Shown: positions 31,601 to 47,570 of the stretch, piece by piece | How the letters are laid out: every line of letters begins with the position of its first letter | Position numbering within the stretch: the first letter of the stretch is position 1 | From: Eledone cirrhosa | Taxonomy: Eukaryota | Assembly (NCBI GenBank): GCA_964016885.1 | Contig: CAXHJY010000105.1 | Coordinates: 372,001 to 436,000, forward strand | Direction of reading: 5' to 3' | Length of the DNA: 64,000 nt | Position numbers and translations under genes: made by a program | Notes under the pieces: model-generated | Databases searched by the model: none | The model's input: the letters and a program-made list of their open reading frames with translations, nothing else | What the model was told of the DNA's origin: nothing

Positions 31601-33489
31601 CAGAACACTTGACCTAACATAAGGATACAGAACCCTTGACCTAACATAAGGATACAGAACCCTTGACCTAACATAAGGATACAGAAGCCTTGACCTAACA
31701 TAAGGATACAGAACCCTTGACCTAACATAAGGATACAGAACCCTTGATCGAACATAAGGATACAGAAGATTTGACCTAAATAACCATACAGAACCCTGGA
31801 CCTAACATAAGGATCCAGAACACTTGATCTAACATAAGGATACAGAACCCTTGATCTAACATAAGGATACAGAAGATTTGACCTAACATAACCATACAGA
31901 ACCCTGGACCTAACATAAGGATCCAGAACACTTGATCTAACATAAGGATACAGAACCCTTGACCTAACATAAGGATACAGAACCCTTGACCTAACATAAG
32001 GATACAGAACCCTTGACCTAACATAAGGATACAGAAGACTTGACCTAACATAAGGATACAGAACCCTTGACCTAACCTAAGGATACAGAACACTTGACCT
32101 AACATAAGATACACAACCCTTGACCTAACATAAGGATACAGAACCCTTGACCTAACATAAAGGATACAGAACCCTTGACCTAACAAGGATACAGAAGACT
32201 TGACCTAACATAAGCATACAGAACCCTTGACCTAACATAAGGATACAGAACACATGACCTAACAAGGATACAGAACGCTTGACCTAACATAAGGATACAG
32301 AACACTTGACCTAACATAAGGATACAGAACACCTGACCTAACATAAGGATACAGAACACTTGACCTAACGTAAGGATACAGAACACTTGACTTAACGTAA
32401 GGATACAGAACACTTGACCTAACATAAGGATACAGAACACCTGACCTAACATAAGGATACAGAACACTTGACCTAACGTAAGGATACAGAACACTTGACT
32501 TAACGTAAGGATACAGAACACTTGACCTAACGTAAGGATACAGAACACTTGACCTAACATAAGGATACAGAACACATGACCTAACAAGGATACAGAACGC
32601 TTGACCTAACATAAGGATACAGAACACTTGACCTAACATAAGGATACAGAACACTTGACCTAACGTAAGGATACAGAACACTTGACTTAACGTAAGGATA
32701 CAGAACACTTGACCTAACGTAAGGATACAGAACACTTGACCTAACATAAGGATACAGAACACATGACCTAACAAGGATACAGAACGCTTGACCTAACATA
32801 AGGATACAGAACACTTGACCTAACATAAGGATACAGAACACCTGACCTAACATAAGGATACAGAACACTTGACCTAACAGAAGGATACAGAACACTTGAC
32901 CTAACATAAGGATGCAAAACCCTTGACCTAACATAAGGATACAGAACCCTTGACCTAACATAAGGATACAGAACCCTTGACCTAACATAAGGATACAGAA
33001 CCCTTGACCTAACATAAGGATACAGAAGACTTGACCTAACATAAGGATACAGAACACTTGACCTAACATAAGATACAGAACCCTTGACCTAACATAAGGA
33101 TACAGAACACTTGACCTAACATAAGGATACAGAACCCTTGACCTAACATAAAGGATACAGAACCCTTGACCTAACAAGGATACAGAAGACTTGACCTAAC
33201 ATAAGCATACAGAACCCTTGACCTAACATAAGGATACAGAACCCTTGACCTAACATAAGGATACAGAACACTTGACCTAACATAAGGATACAGAACCCTT
33301 GACCTAACATAAGGATACAGAACACGTGACCTAACATAAGGATACAGAACACGTGACCTAACATAAAGATACAGAACACTTGACCTGACATAAGGATACA
33401 GAACCCTTGACCTAACATAAGGATACAGAACACTTGACCTAACATAAGGATACAGAACACGTGACCTAACATAAAGATACAGAACACTT

Positions 33490-36400
33490 GACCTGACATA
33501 AGGATACAGAACCCTTGACCTAAAATAAGGATACAGAACACTTGACCTAACATAAGGATACAGAACCCTTGACCTAACATAAGGATACAGAAGACTTGAC
33601 CTAACAAGGATACAGAACACTTGACCTAACATAAGGATACAGAACCCTTGACCTAACATAAGGATACAGAACACTTGACCTAACAAGGATACAGAACCCT
33701 TGACCTAACATATGGATACAGAACCCTTGACCTAACATAAGGATACAGAACCCTTGACCTAACATAAGGATACAGAACACTTGACCTAACATAAGATACA
33801 GAACCCTTGACCTAACATAAGGATACAGAACCCTTGACCTAACATAAAGGATACAGAACCCTTGACCTAACAAGGATACAGAAGACTTGACCTAACATAA
33901 GGATACAGAACCCTTGACCTAACATAAGGATACAGAACACTTGACCTAACATAAGGATACAGAACCCTTGACCTAACATAAGGATACAGAACCCTTGACC
34001 TAACATAAGGATACAGAACCCTTGACCTAACATAAGGATACAGAACACTTGACCTAACATAAGATACAGAACCCTTGACCTAACATAAGGATACAGAACC
34101 CTTGACCTAAAATAAAGGATACAGAACCCTTGACCTAACAAGGATACAGAAGACTTGACCTAACATAAGGATACAGAACCTTTGACCTAACATAAGGATA
34201 CAGAACCCTTGACCTAACATAAGGATACAGAAGACTTGACCTAACATAAGGATACAGAACACTTGACCTAACATAAGGATACAGAAGACTTGACCTAACA
34301 TAAGGATACAGAACCCTTGACCTAACATAAGGATACAGAACCCTTGACCTAACATAAGGATACAGAAGACTTGACCTAACATAAGGATACAGAAGACTTG
34401 ACCTAACATAAGTATACAGAACCCTTGACCTAACATAAGGATACAGAACCCTTGACCTAACATAAGGATACAGAAGACTTGACCTAACATAAGGATACAG
34501 AACACTTGACCTAACATAAGGATACAGAACACTTGACCTAATGTAAGGATACAGAACACCTGACCTAACATAAGGATACAGAACCCTTGACCTAACATAA
34601 GGATACAGAAAACCTGACCTAACAAAGATACAGAAGACCTGACCTAACATAAGGATACAGAAGACTTGACCTAACATAAGCATACAGAACACTTGACCTA
34701 ACATAAGCATACAGAACACTTGACCTAACGTAAGGATACAGAACACTTGACCTAACGTAAGGATACAGAACACTTGACCTAACATAAGGATACAGAACCC
34801 TTGACCTAACATAAGGATACAAAACACTTGACCTAACATAAGGATACAGAACACTTGACCTAACATAAGGATACAGAACACCTGACCTAACAAAAGGATA
34901 CAGAACCCTTGACCTAACATAAGGATACAGAACACTTGACCTAACATAGGGATACAGAACCCTTGACCTAACATAAGGATACAGAACACTTGACCTAACA
35001 TAAGGATACAGAACCCTTGACCTAACATAAGGATACAGAACCCTTGACCTAACATAAGGATACAGAACCCTTGACCTGACATAAGGATACAGAAGACTTG
35101 ACCTAACATAAGGATACAGAACCCTTGACCTAACATAAGGATACAGAACCCTTGACCTAACAAGGATACAGAAGACTTGACCTAACATAGGGATACAGAA
35201 CCCTTGACCTAACATAAGGATACAGAAGATCTGACCTAACATAAGGAAACAGAACACTTGACCTAACGTAAGGATACAGAAGAATTGATCTAACATAAGG
35301 ATACAGAACCCTTGACCTAACATAAGGATACAGAACCCTTGACCTAACATAAGGATACAGAAGACTTGACCTAACATAAGCATACAGAACACTTGACCTA
35401 ACGTAAGGATACAGAACACTTGACCTAACGTAAGAATACAGAACACTTGACCTAATGTAAGGATACAGAACACCTGACCTAACATAAGGATACAGAACAC
35501 TTGACCTAACATAAGGATACAGAACACTTGACCTAACGTAAGGATACAGAACACTTGACCTAATGTAAGGATACAGAACACCTGACCTAACATAAGGATA
35601 CAGAACACTTGACCTAACATAAGAATACAGAACCCTTGACCTAACATAAGGATACAGAACACCTGACCTAACAAAGATACAGAAGACATGACCTGACATA
35701 AGGATACAGAACCCTTGACCTAAAATAAGGATACAGAACACTTGACCTAACATAAGGATACAGAACCCTTGACCTAACATAAGGATACAGAAGACTTGAC
35801 CTAACAAGGATACAGAACACTTGACCTAACATAAGGATACAGAACCCTTGACCTAACATAAGGATACAGAACACTTGACCTAACATAAGGATACAGAACC
35901 CTTGACCTAACATATGGATACAGAACCCTTGACCTAACATAAGGATACAGAACCCTTGACCTAACATAAGGATACAGAACACTTGACCTAACATAAGATA
36001 CAGAACCCTTGACCTAACATAAGGATACAGAACCCTTGACCTAACATAAAGGATACAGAACCCTTGACCTAACAAGGATACAGAAGACTTGACCTAACAT
36101 AAGGATACAGAACCCTTGACCTAACATAAGGATACAGAACACTTGACCTAACATAAGGATACAGAACCCTTGACCTAACATAAGGATACAGAACCCTTGA
36201 CCTAACATAAGGATACAGAACCCTTGACCTAACATAAGGATACAGAACACTTGACCTAACATAAGATACAGAACCCTTGACCTAACATAAGGATACAGAA
36301 CCCTTGACCTAAAATAAAGGATACAGAACCCTTGACCTAACAAGGATACAGAAGACTTGACCTAACATAAGGATACAGAACCTTTGACCTAACATAAGGA

Positions 36401-39400
36401 TACAGAACCCTTGACCTAACATAAGGATACAGAAGACTTGACCTAACATAAGGATACAGAACACTTGACCTAACATAAGGATACAGAAGACTTGACCTAA
36501 CATAAGGATACAGAACCCTTGACCTAACATAAGGATACAGAACCCTTGACCTAACATAAGGATACAGAAGACTTGACCTAACATAAGGATACAGAAGACT
36601 TGACCTAACATAAGTATACAGAACCCTTGACCTAACATAAGGATACAGAACCCTTGACCTAACATAAGGATACAGAAGACTTGACCTAACATAAGGATAC
36701 AGAACACTTGACCTAACATAAGGATACAGAACACTTGACCTAATGTAAGGATACAGAACACCTGACCTAACATAAGGATACAGAACCCTTGACCTAACAT
36801 AAGGATACAGAACACCTGACCTAACAAAGATACAGAACACCTGACCTAACAAAGATACAGAAGACCTGACCTAACATAAGGATACAGAAGACTTGACCTA
36901 ACATAAGCATACAGAACACTTGACCTAACGTAAGGATACAGAACACTTGACCTAACGTAAGGATACAGAACACTTGACCTAACATAAGGATACAGAACCC
37001 TTGACCTAACATAAGGATACAAAACACTTGACCTAACATAAGGATACAGAACACTTGACCTAACATAAGGATACAGAACACCTGACCTAACAAAAGGATA
37101 CAGAACCCTTGACCTAACATAAGGATACAGAACACTTGACCTAACATAGGGATACAGAACCCTTGACCTAACATAAGGATACAGAACACTTGACCTAACA
37201 TAAGGATACAGAACCCTTGACCTAACATAAGGATACAGAACCCTTGACCTAACATAAGGATACAGAACCCTTGACCTGACATAAGGATACAGAAGACTTG
37301 ACCTAACATAAGGATACAGAACCCTTGACCTAACATAAGGATACAGAACCCTTGACCTAACAAGGATACAGAAGACTTGACCTAACATAGGGATACAGAA
37401 CCCTTGACCTAACATAAGGATACAGAAGATCTGACCTAACATAAGGAAACAGAACACTTGACCTAACGTAAGGATACAGAAGAATTGATCTAACATAAGG
37501 ATACAGAACCCTTGACCTAACATAAGGATACAGAACCCTTGACCTAACATAAGGATACAGAAGACTTGACCTAACATAAGCATACAGAACACTTGACCTA
37601 ACGTAAGGATACAGAACACTTGACCTAACGTAAGAATACAGAACACTTGACCTAATGTAAGGATACAGAACACCTGACCTAACATAAGGATACAGAACAC
37701 TTGACCTAACATAAGGATACAGAACACTTGACCTAACGTAAGGATACAGAACACTTGACCTAATGTAAGGATACAGAACACCTGACCTAACATAAGGATA
37801 CAGAACACTTGACCTAACATAAGAATACAGAACCCTTGACCTAACATAAGGATACAGAACACCTGACCTAACAAAGATACAGAAGACATGACCTAACATA
37901 GGGATACAGAACACTTGACCCAACATAAGGATACAGAAGACCTGACCTAACATAAGGATACAGAACACTTGACCTAACATAAGGATACAGAACCCTTGAT
38001 CTAACATAAGGATACAGAAGACTTGACCTAACATAAGGACACAGAACACCTGACCTAACATAAGGATACAGATCACCGGACCTAACATAAGGATACAAAA
38101 CCCTTGACCTAACATAAGGATACAGAAGAATTGACCTAACATAAGGATACAGAACCCTTGACCTAACGTAAGGATACAAAACACTTGACCTAACATAAGG
38201 ATACAGAACACTTGACCAAACATAAGGATACAGAAGCCTTGACCTAACATAAGGATACAGAACCCTTGACCTAACATAAGGATACAGAACCCTTGACCTA
38301 ACATAAGGATACAGAAACTTGACCTAACATAAGGATACAGAACACTTGACCTAACATAAGGATACAGAACACGTGACCTAACATAAAGATACAGAACACT
38401 TGACCTGACATAAGGATACAGAACCCTTGACCTAACAAGGCTACAGAACACTTGACCTAACAAGGATACAGAAGACTTGACCTAACATAAGGATACAGAA
38501 CCCTTGACCTAACATAAGGATACAGAACACTTGACCTAACATAAGGATACAGAACCCTTGACCTAACATAAGGATACAGAACCCTTGACCTAACATAAGG
38601 ATACAGAACCCTTGACCTAACATAAGGATACAGAACACTTGACCTAACATAAGATACAGAACCCTTGACCTAACATAAGGATACAGAACCCTTGACCTAA
38701 AATAAAGGATACAGAACCCTTGACCTAACAAGGATACAGAAGACTTGACCTAACATAAGGATACAGAACCTTTGACCTAACATAAGGATACAGAACCCTT
38801 GACCTAACATAAGGATACAGAAGACTTGACCTAACATAAGGATACAGAACACTTGACCTAACATAAGGATACAGAAGACTTGACCTAACATAAGGATACA
38901 GAACCCTTGACCTAACATAAGGATACAGAACCCTTGACCTAACATAAGGATACAGAAGACTTGACCTAACATAAGGATACAGAAGACTTGACCTAACATA
39001 AGTATACAGAACCCTTGACCTAACATAAGGATACAGAACCCTTGACCTAACATAAGGATACAGAAGACTTGACCTAACATAAGGATACAGAACACTTGAC
39101 CTAACATAAGGATACAGAACACTTGACCTAATGTAAGGATACAGAACACCTGACCTAACATAAGGATACAGAACCCTTGACCTAACATAAGGATACAGAA
39201 CACCTGACCTAACAAAGATACAGAAGACCTGACCTAACATAAGGATACAGAAGACTTGACCTAACATAAGCATACAGAACACTTGACCTAACGTAAGGAT
39301 ACAGAACACTTGACCTAACGTAAGGATACAGAACACTTGACCTAACATAAGGATACAGAACCCTTGACCTAACATAAGGATACAAAACACTTGACCTAAC

Positions 39401-40800
39401 ATAAGGATACAGAACACTTGACCTAACATAAGGATACAGAACACCTGACCTAACAAAAGGATACAGAACCCTTGACCTAACATAAGGATACAGAACACTT
39501 GACCTAACATAGGGATACAGAACCCTTGACCTAACATAAGGATACAGAACACTTGACCTAACATAAGGATACAGAACCCTTGACCTAACATAAGGATACA
39601 GAACCCTTGACCTAACATAAGGATACAGAACCCTTGACCTGACATAAGGATACAGAAGACTTGACCTAACATAAGGATACAGAACCCTTGACCTAACATA
39701 AGGATACAGAACCCTTGACCTAACAAGGATACAGAAGACTTGACCTAACATAGGGATACAGAACCCTTGACCTAACATAAGGATACAGAAGATCTGACCT
39801 AACATAAGGAAACAGAACACTTGACCTAACGTAAGGATACAGAAGAATTGATCTAACATAAGGATACAGAACCCTTGACCTAACATAAGGATACAGAACC
39901 CTTGACCTAACATAAGGATACAGAAGACTTGACCTAACATAAGCATACAGAACACTTGACCTAACGTAAGGATACAGAACACTTGACCTAACGTAAGAAT
40001 ACAGAACACTTGACCTAATGTAAGGATACAGAACACCTGACCTAACATAAGGATACAGAACACTTGACCTAACATAAGGATACAGAACACTTGACCTAAC
40101 GTAAGGATACAGAACACTTGACCTAATGTAAGGATACAGAACACCTGACCTAACATAAGGATACAGAACACTTGACCTAACATAAGAATACAGAACCCTT
40201 GACCTAACATAAGGATACAGAACACCTGACCTAACAAAGATACAGAAGACATGACCTAACATAGGGATACAGAACACTTGACCCAACATAAGGATACAGA
40301 AGACCTGACCTAACATAAGGATACAGAACACTTGACCTAACATAAGGATACAGAACCCTTGATCTAACATAAGGATACAGAAGACTTGACCTAACATAAG
40401 GACACAGAACACCTGACCTAACATAAGGATACAGATCACCGGACCTAACATAAGGATACAAAACCCTTGACCTAACATAAGGATACAGAAGAATTGACCT
40501 AACATAAGGATACAGAACCCTTGACCTAACGTAAGGATACAAAACACTTGACCTAACATAAGGATACAGAACACTTGACCTAACATAAGGATACAGAAGC
40601 CTTGACCTAACATAAGGATACAGAACCCTTGACCTAACATAAGGATACAGAACCCTTGACCTAACATAAGGATACAGAAACTTGACCTAACATAAGGATA
40701 CAGAACACTTGACCTAACATAAGGATACAGAACACGTGACCTAACATAAAGATACAGAACACTTGACCTGACATAAGGATACAGAACCCTTGACCTAACA
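33490..40800. repeat. Three related higher-order copies, offsets about 2200 and about 2363-2388 bp
   Basis: Identical ORF translations at 34107/36309/38697 (offsets 2202, 2388), 36846/39209 and 37868/40231 (2363). Shared markers are CCTAAAATAAAGG, GAACCTTTGA and CATAAGTATAC. Confidence 0.92.
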
Positions 40801-43800
40801 AGGCTACAGAACACTTGACCTAACATAAGGATACAGAACCCTTGACCTAACATAAGGATACAGAACACTTGACCTAACATAAGGATACAGAACACTTGAC
40901 CTAACATAGGGATACAGAACACTTGACCCAACATAAGGATACAGAACACTTGACCTAACATAAGGATACAGAACACTTCACCTAACATAAGGATACAGAA
41001 GACATGACCTAACATAAGGATACAGAACACTTGACCTAACATAAGGATACAGAACACTTGACCTAAATATAAGGATACAGAACACTTGACCTGACATAAG
41101 GATACAGAACCCTTGACCTAACAAGGATACAGAACAGTTGACCTAACATAAGGATGCAGAACACTTGACCTAACATAAGGATACAGAACACTTGACCTAA
41201 CAAGGATACAGAACCCTTGACCTAACATAAGGATACAGAACACTTGACCTAACATAAGGATACAGAACACTTGACCTAACATAAGGATACAGAACCCTTG
41301 ACCTAACATAAGGATACAGAACACTTGACCTAACATAAGGATACAGAACACTTGACCTAACATAAGGATACAGAACACCTGACCTAACAAGGATACAGAA
41401 CACTTGAGCTAACATAAGGATACAGAACACTTGACCTAACATAAGGATAGAGAACACCTGACCTAACATAAGGATACAGAACACTTGACATAACATAAGC
41501 ATACAGAACCCTTGACCTATCATAAGGATATAGAACCCTTGACCTAACATAAGGATACAGAACCCTTGACCTAACATAAAGATAGAGAACCCTTGACCTA
41601 ACATAAGGATACAGAACACCTGACCTAACATAAAGATATAGAACCCTTGACCTAACATAAGGATACAGAACACTTGACCTAACGTAAGGATACAGAACAC
41701 CTGACCTAACATAAGGTTACAGAACCCTTGACCTAACATAAGGATACAGAACCCTTGACCTAACAAGGATAAAGAAGACATGACCTAACATAAGGATACA
41801 GAAACCTTGACCTAACAAGGAAACAGAACCCTTGACCTAACATAAGGATACAGAACCCTTGACCTAACATAAGGATACAGAAGACTTGACCTAACATAAG
41901 CATACAGAACCCTTGACCTAACATAAGGATACAGAACACATGACCTAACAAGGATACAGATCGCTTGACCTAACATAAGGATACAGAACCCTTGACCTAA
42001 CATAAGGATACAGAACCCTTGACCTAACATAAGGATACAGAACATTTGACCTAACATAAGGATACAGAACACTTGAGCTAACATAAGGATACAGAACACC
42101 TGACCTAACAAAGGGATACAGAACACCTGACCTAACATAAAGATACAGAACACTTGACCTAACGTAAGGATACAGAACACCTGACCTAACATAAGGATAC
42201 AGAACATTTGACCTAACATAAGGATACAGAACACTTGACCTAACATAGGGATAAAGAACACTTGACCTAACATAAGGATACAGAACACATGACCCAACAT
42301 AAGGACACAGAACCCTTGACCTAACATAAGGATACAGAACACTTGACCGCACATAAGGATGCAGAACACTTGACCTAACATAAGGATACAGAACACTTGA
42401 CCTAACATAAGGATACAGAACCCTTGACCTAACATAAGGATACAGAACCCTTGACCTAACATAAGGATACAGAAGCCTTGACCTAATATAAGGATACAGA
42501 ATCCTTGATCTAACATAAGGATACAGAACCCTTGACCTAACATAAGGATACAGAACCCTTGATCTAACATAAGGATACAGAACCCTTGATCTAACATAAG
42601 GATACAGAAGATTTGACCTAACATAACCATACAGAACCCTTGACCTAACATAAGGATCCAGAACACTTGATCTAACATAAGGATACAGAACCCTTGACCT
42701 AACATAAGGATACAGAACCCTTGACCTAACATAAGGATACAGAAGACTTGACCTAACATAAGCATACAGAACACTTGACCTAACGTAAGGATACAGAACA
42801 CTTGACCTAACGTAAGAATACAGAACACTTGACCTAATGTAAGGATACAGAACACCTGACCTAACATAAGGATACAGAACACTTGACCTAACATAAGGAT
42901 ACAGAACACTTGACCTAACGTAAGGATACAGAACACTTGACCTAATGTAAGGATACAGAACACCTGACCTAACATAAGGATACAGAACACTTGACCTAAC
43001 ATAAGAATACAGAACCCTTGACCTAACATAAGGATACAGAACACCTGACCTAACAAAGATACAGAAGACATGACCTGACATAAGGATACAGAACCCTTGA
43101 CCTAAAATAAGGATACAGAACACTTGACCTAACATAAGGATACAGAACCCTTGACCTAACATAAGGATACAGAAGACTTGACCTAACAAGGATACAGAAC
43201 ACTTGACCTAACATAAGGATACAGAACCCTTGACCTAACATAAGGATACAGAACACTTGACCTAACATAAGGATACAGAACCCTTGACCTAACATATGGA
43301 TACAGAACCCTTGACCTAACATAAGGATACAGAACCCTTGACCTAACATAAGGATACAGAACACTTGACCTAACATAAGATACAGAACCCTTGACCTAAC
43401 ATAAGGATACAGAACCCTTGACCTAACATAAAGGATACAGAACCCTTGACCTAACAAGGATACAGAAGACTTGACCTAACATAAGGATACAGAACCCTTG
43501 ACCTAACATAAGGATACAGAACACTTGACCTAACATAAGGATACAGAACCCTTGACCTAACATAAGGATACAGAACCCTTGACCTAACATAAGGATACAG
43601 AACCCTTGACCTAACATAAGGATACAGAACACTTGACCTAACATAAGATACAGAACCCTTGACCTAACATAAGGATACAGAACCCTTGACCTAACATAAA
43701 GGATACAGAACCCTTGACCTAACAAGGATACAGAAGACTTGACCTAACATAAGGATACAGAACCTTTGACCTAACATAAGGATACAGAACCCTTGACCTA

Positions 43801-46800
43801 ACATAAGGATACAGAAGACTTGACCTAACATAAGGATACAGAACACTTGACCTAACATAAGGATACAGAAGACTTGACCTAACATAAGGATACAGAACCC
43901 TTGACCTAACATAAGGATACAGAACCCTTGACCTAACATAAGGATACAGAAGACTTGACCTAACATAAGGATACAGAAGACTTGACCTAACATAAGTATA
44001 CAGAACCCTTGACCTAACATAAGGATACAGAACCCTTGACCTAACATAAGGATACAGAAGACTTGACCTAACATAAGGATACAGAACACTTGACCTAACA
44101 TAAGGATACAGAACACTTGACCTAATGTAAGGATACAGAACACCTGACCTAACATAAGGATACAGAAGACTTGACCTAACATAAGCATACAGAACACTTG
44201 ACCTAACGTAAGGATACAGAACACTTGACCTAACGTAAGGATACAGAACACTTGACCTAACATAAGGATACAGAACCCTTGACCTAACATAAGGATACAA
44301 AACACTTGACCTAACATAAGGATACAGAACACTTGACCTAACATAAGGATACAGAACACCTGACCTAACAAAAGGATACAGAACCCTTGACCTAACATAA
44401 GGATACAGAACACTTGACCTAACATAGGGATACAGAACCCTTGACCTAACATAAGGATACAGAACACTTGACCTAACATAAGGATACAGAACCCTTGACC
44501 TAACATAAGGATACAGAACCCTTGACCTAACATAAGGATACAGAACCCTTGACCTGACATAAGGATACAGAAGACTTGACCTAACATAAGGATACAGAAC
44601 CCTTGACCTAACATAAGGATACAGAACCCTTGACCTAACAAGGATACAGAAGACTTGACCTAACATAGGGATACAGAACCCTTGACCTAACATAAGGATA
44701 CAGAAGATCTGACCTAACATAAGGAAACAGAACACTTGACCTAACGTAAGGATACAGAAGAATTGATCTAACATAAGGATACAGAACCCTTGACCTAACA
44801 TAAGGATACAGAACCCTTGACCTAACATAAGGATACAGAAGACTTGACCTAACATAAGCATACAGAACACTTGACCTAACGTAAGGATACAGAACACTTA
44901 ACCTAACGTAAGAATACAGAACACTTGACCTAATGTAAGGATACAGAACACCTGACCTAACATAAGGATACAGAACACTTGACCTAACATAAGGATACAG
45001 AACACTTGACCTAACGTAAGGATACAGAACACTTGACCTAATGTAAGGATACAGAACACCTGACCTAACATAAGGATACAGAACACTTGACCTAACATAA
45101 GAATACAGAACCCTTGACCTAACATAAGGATACAGAACACCTGACCTAACAAAGATACAGAAGACATGACCTAACATAGGGATACAGAACACTTGACCCA
45201 ACATAAGGATACAGAAGACCTGACCTAACATAAGGATACAGAACACTTGACCTAACATAAGGATACAGAACCCTTGATCTAACATAAGGATACAGAAGAC
45301 TTGACCTAACATAAGGACACAGAACACCTGACCTAACATAAGGATACAGATCACCGGACCTAACATAAGGATACAAAACCCTTGACCTAACGTAAGGATA
45401 CAAAACACTTGACCTAACATAAGGATACAGAACACTTGACCTAACATAAGGATACAGAAGCCTTGACCTAACATAAGGATACAGAACCCTTGACCTAACA
45501 TAAGGATACAGAACCCTTGACCTAACATAAGGATACAGAACCCTTGACCTAACATAAGGATACAGAACACTTGACCTAACATAAGGATACAGAACACGTG
45601 ACCTAACATAAAGATACAGAACACTTGACCTGACATAAGGATACAGAACCCTTGACCTAACAAGGCTACAGAACACTTGACCTAACATAAGGATACAGAA
45701 CCCTTGACCTAACATAAGGATACAGAACACTTGACCTAACATAAGGATACAGAACACTTGACCTAACATAGGGATACAGAACACTTGACCCAACATAAGG
45801 ATACAGAACACTTGACCTAACATAAGGATACAGAACACTTCACCTAACATAAGGATACAGAAGACATGACCTAACATAAGGATACAGAACACTTGACCTA
45901 ACATAAGGATACAGAACACTTGACCTAAATATAAGGATACAGAACACTTGACCTGACATAAGGATACAGAACCCTTGACCTAACAAGGATACAGAACAAT
46001 TGACCTAACATAAGGATGCAGAACACTTGACCTAACATAAGGATACAGAACACTTGACCTAACAAGGATACAGAACCCTTGACCTAACATAAGGATACAG
46101 AACACTTGACCTAACATAAGGATACAGAACACTTGACCTAACATAAGGATACAGAACCCTTGACCTAACATAAGGATACAGAACACTTGACCTAACATAA
46201 GGAAACAGAACACTTGACCTAACATAAGGATACAGAACACCTGACCTAACAAGGATACAGAACACTTGAGCTAACATAAGGATACAGAACACTTGACCTA
46301 ACATAAGGATAGAGAACACCTGACCTAACATAAGGATACAGAACACTTGACCTAACATAAGCATACAGAACCCTTGACCTATCATAAGGATATAGAACCC
46401 TTGACCTAACATAAGGATACAGAACCCTTGACCTAACATAAAGACAGAGAACCCTTGACCTAACATAAGGATACAGAACACCTGACCTAACATAAAGATA
46501 TAGAACCCTTGACCTAACATAAGGATACAGAACACTTGACCTAACGTAAGGATACAGAACACCTGACCTAACATAAGGTTACAGAACCCTTGACCTAACA
46601 TAAGGATACAGAACCCTTGACCTAACAAGGATAAAGAAGACATGACCTAACATAAGGATACAGAAACCTTGACCTAACAAGGAAACAGAACCCTTGACCT
46701 AACATAAGGATACAGAACCCTTGACCTAACATAAGGATACAGAAGACTTGACCTAACATAAGCATACAGAACCCTTGACCTAACATAAGGATACAGAACA

Positions 46801-47570
46801 CATGACCTAACAAGGATACAGATCGCTTGACCTAACATAAGGATACAGAACCCTTGACCTAACATAAGGATACAGAACCCTTGACCTAACATAAGGATAC
46901 AGAACATTTGACCTAACATAAGGATACAGAACACTTGAGCTAACATAAGGATACAGAACACCTGACCTAACAAAGGGATACAGAACACCTGACCTAACAT
47001 AAAGATACAGAACACTTGACCTAACGTAAGGATACAGAACACCTGACCTAACATAAGGATACAGAACCCTTGACCTAACATAAGGATACAGAACACTTGA
47101 CCTAACATAGGGATAAAGAACACTTGACCTAACATAAGGATACAGAACACATGACCCAACATAAGGACACAGAACCCTTGACCTAACATAAGGATACAGA
47201 ACACTTGACCGCACATAAGGATGCAGAACACTTGACCTAACATAAGGATACAGAACACTTGACCTAACATAAGGATACAGAACCCTTGACCTAACATAAG
47301 GATACAGAACCCTTGACCTAACATAAGGATACAGAAGCCTTGACCTAATATAAGGATACAGAATCCTTGATCTAACATAAGGATACAGAACCCTTGACCT
47401 AACATAAGGATACAGAACCCTTGATCTAACATAAGGATACAGAACCCTTGATCTAACATAAGGATACAGAAGATTTGACCTAACATAACCATACAGAACC
47501 CTTGACCTAACATAAGGATCCAGAACACTTGATCTAACATAAGGATACAGAACCCTTGACCTAACATAAG
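38460..47570. repeat. Large higher-order duplication, offset about 4.9 kb (exact register 4862 bp for about 40800-42700 vs about 45660-47570)
   Basis: AGGCTAC at 40801/45663, GGATCC at 42654/47516, and ORF pairs 41118/45980, 41197/46059 and 41760/46622 are all offset 4862. Confidence 0.92.
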
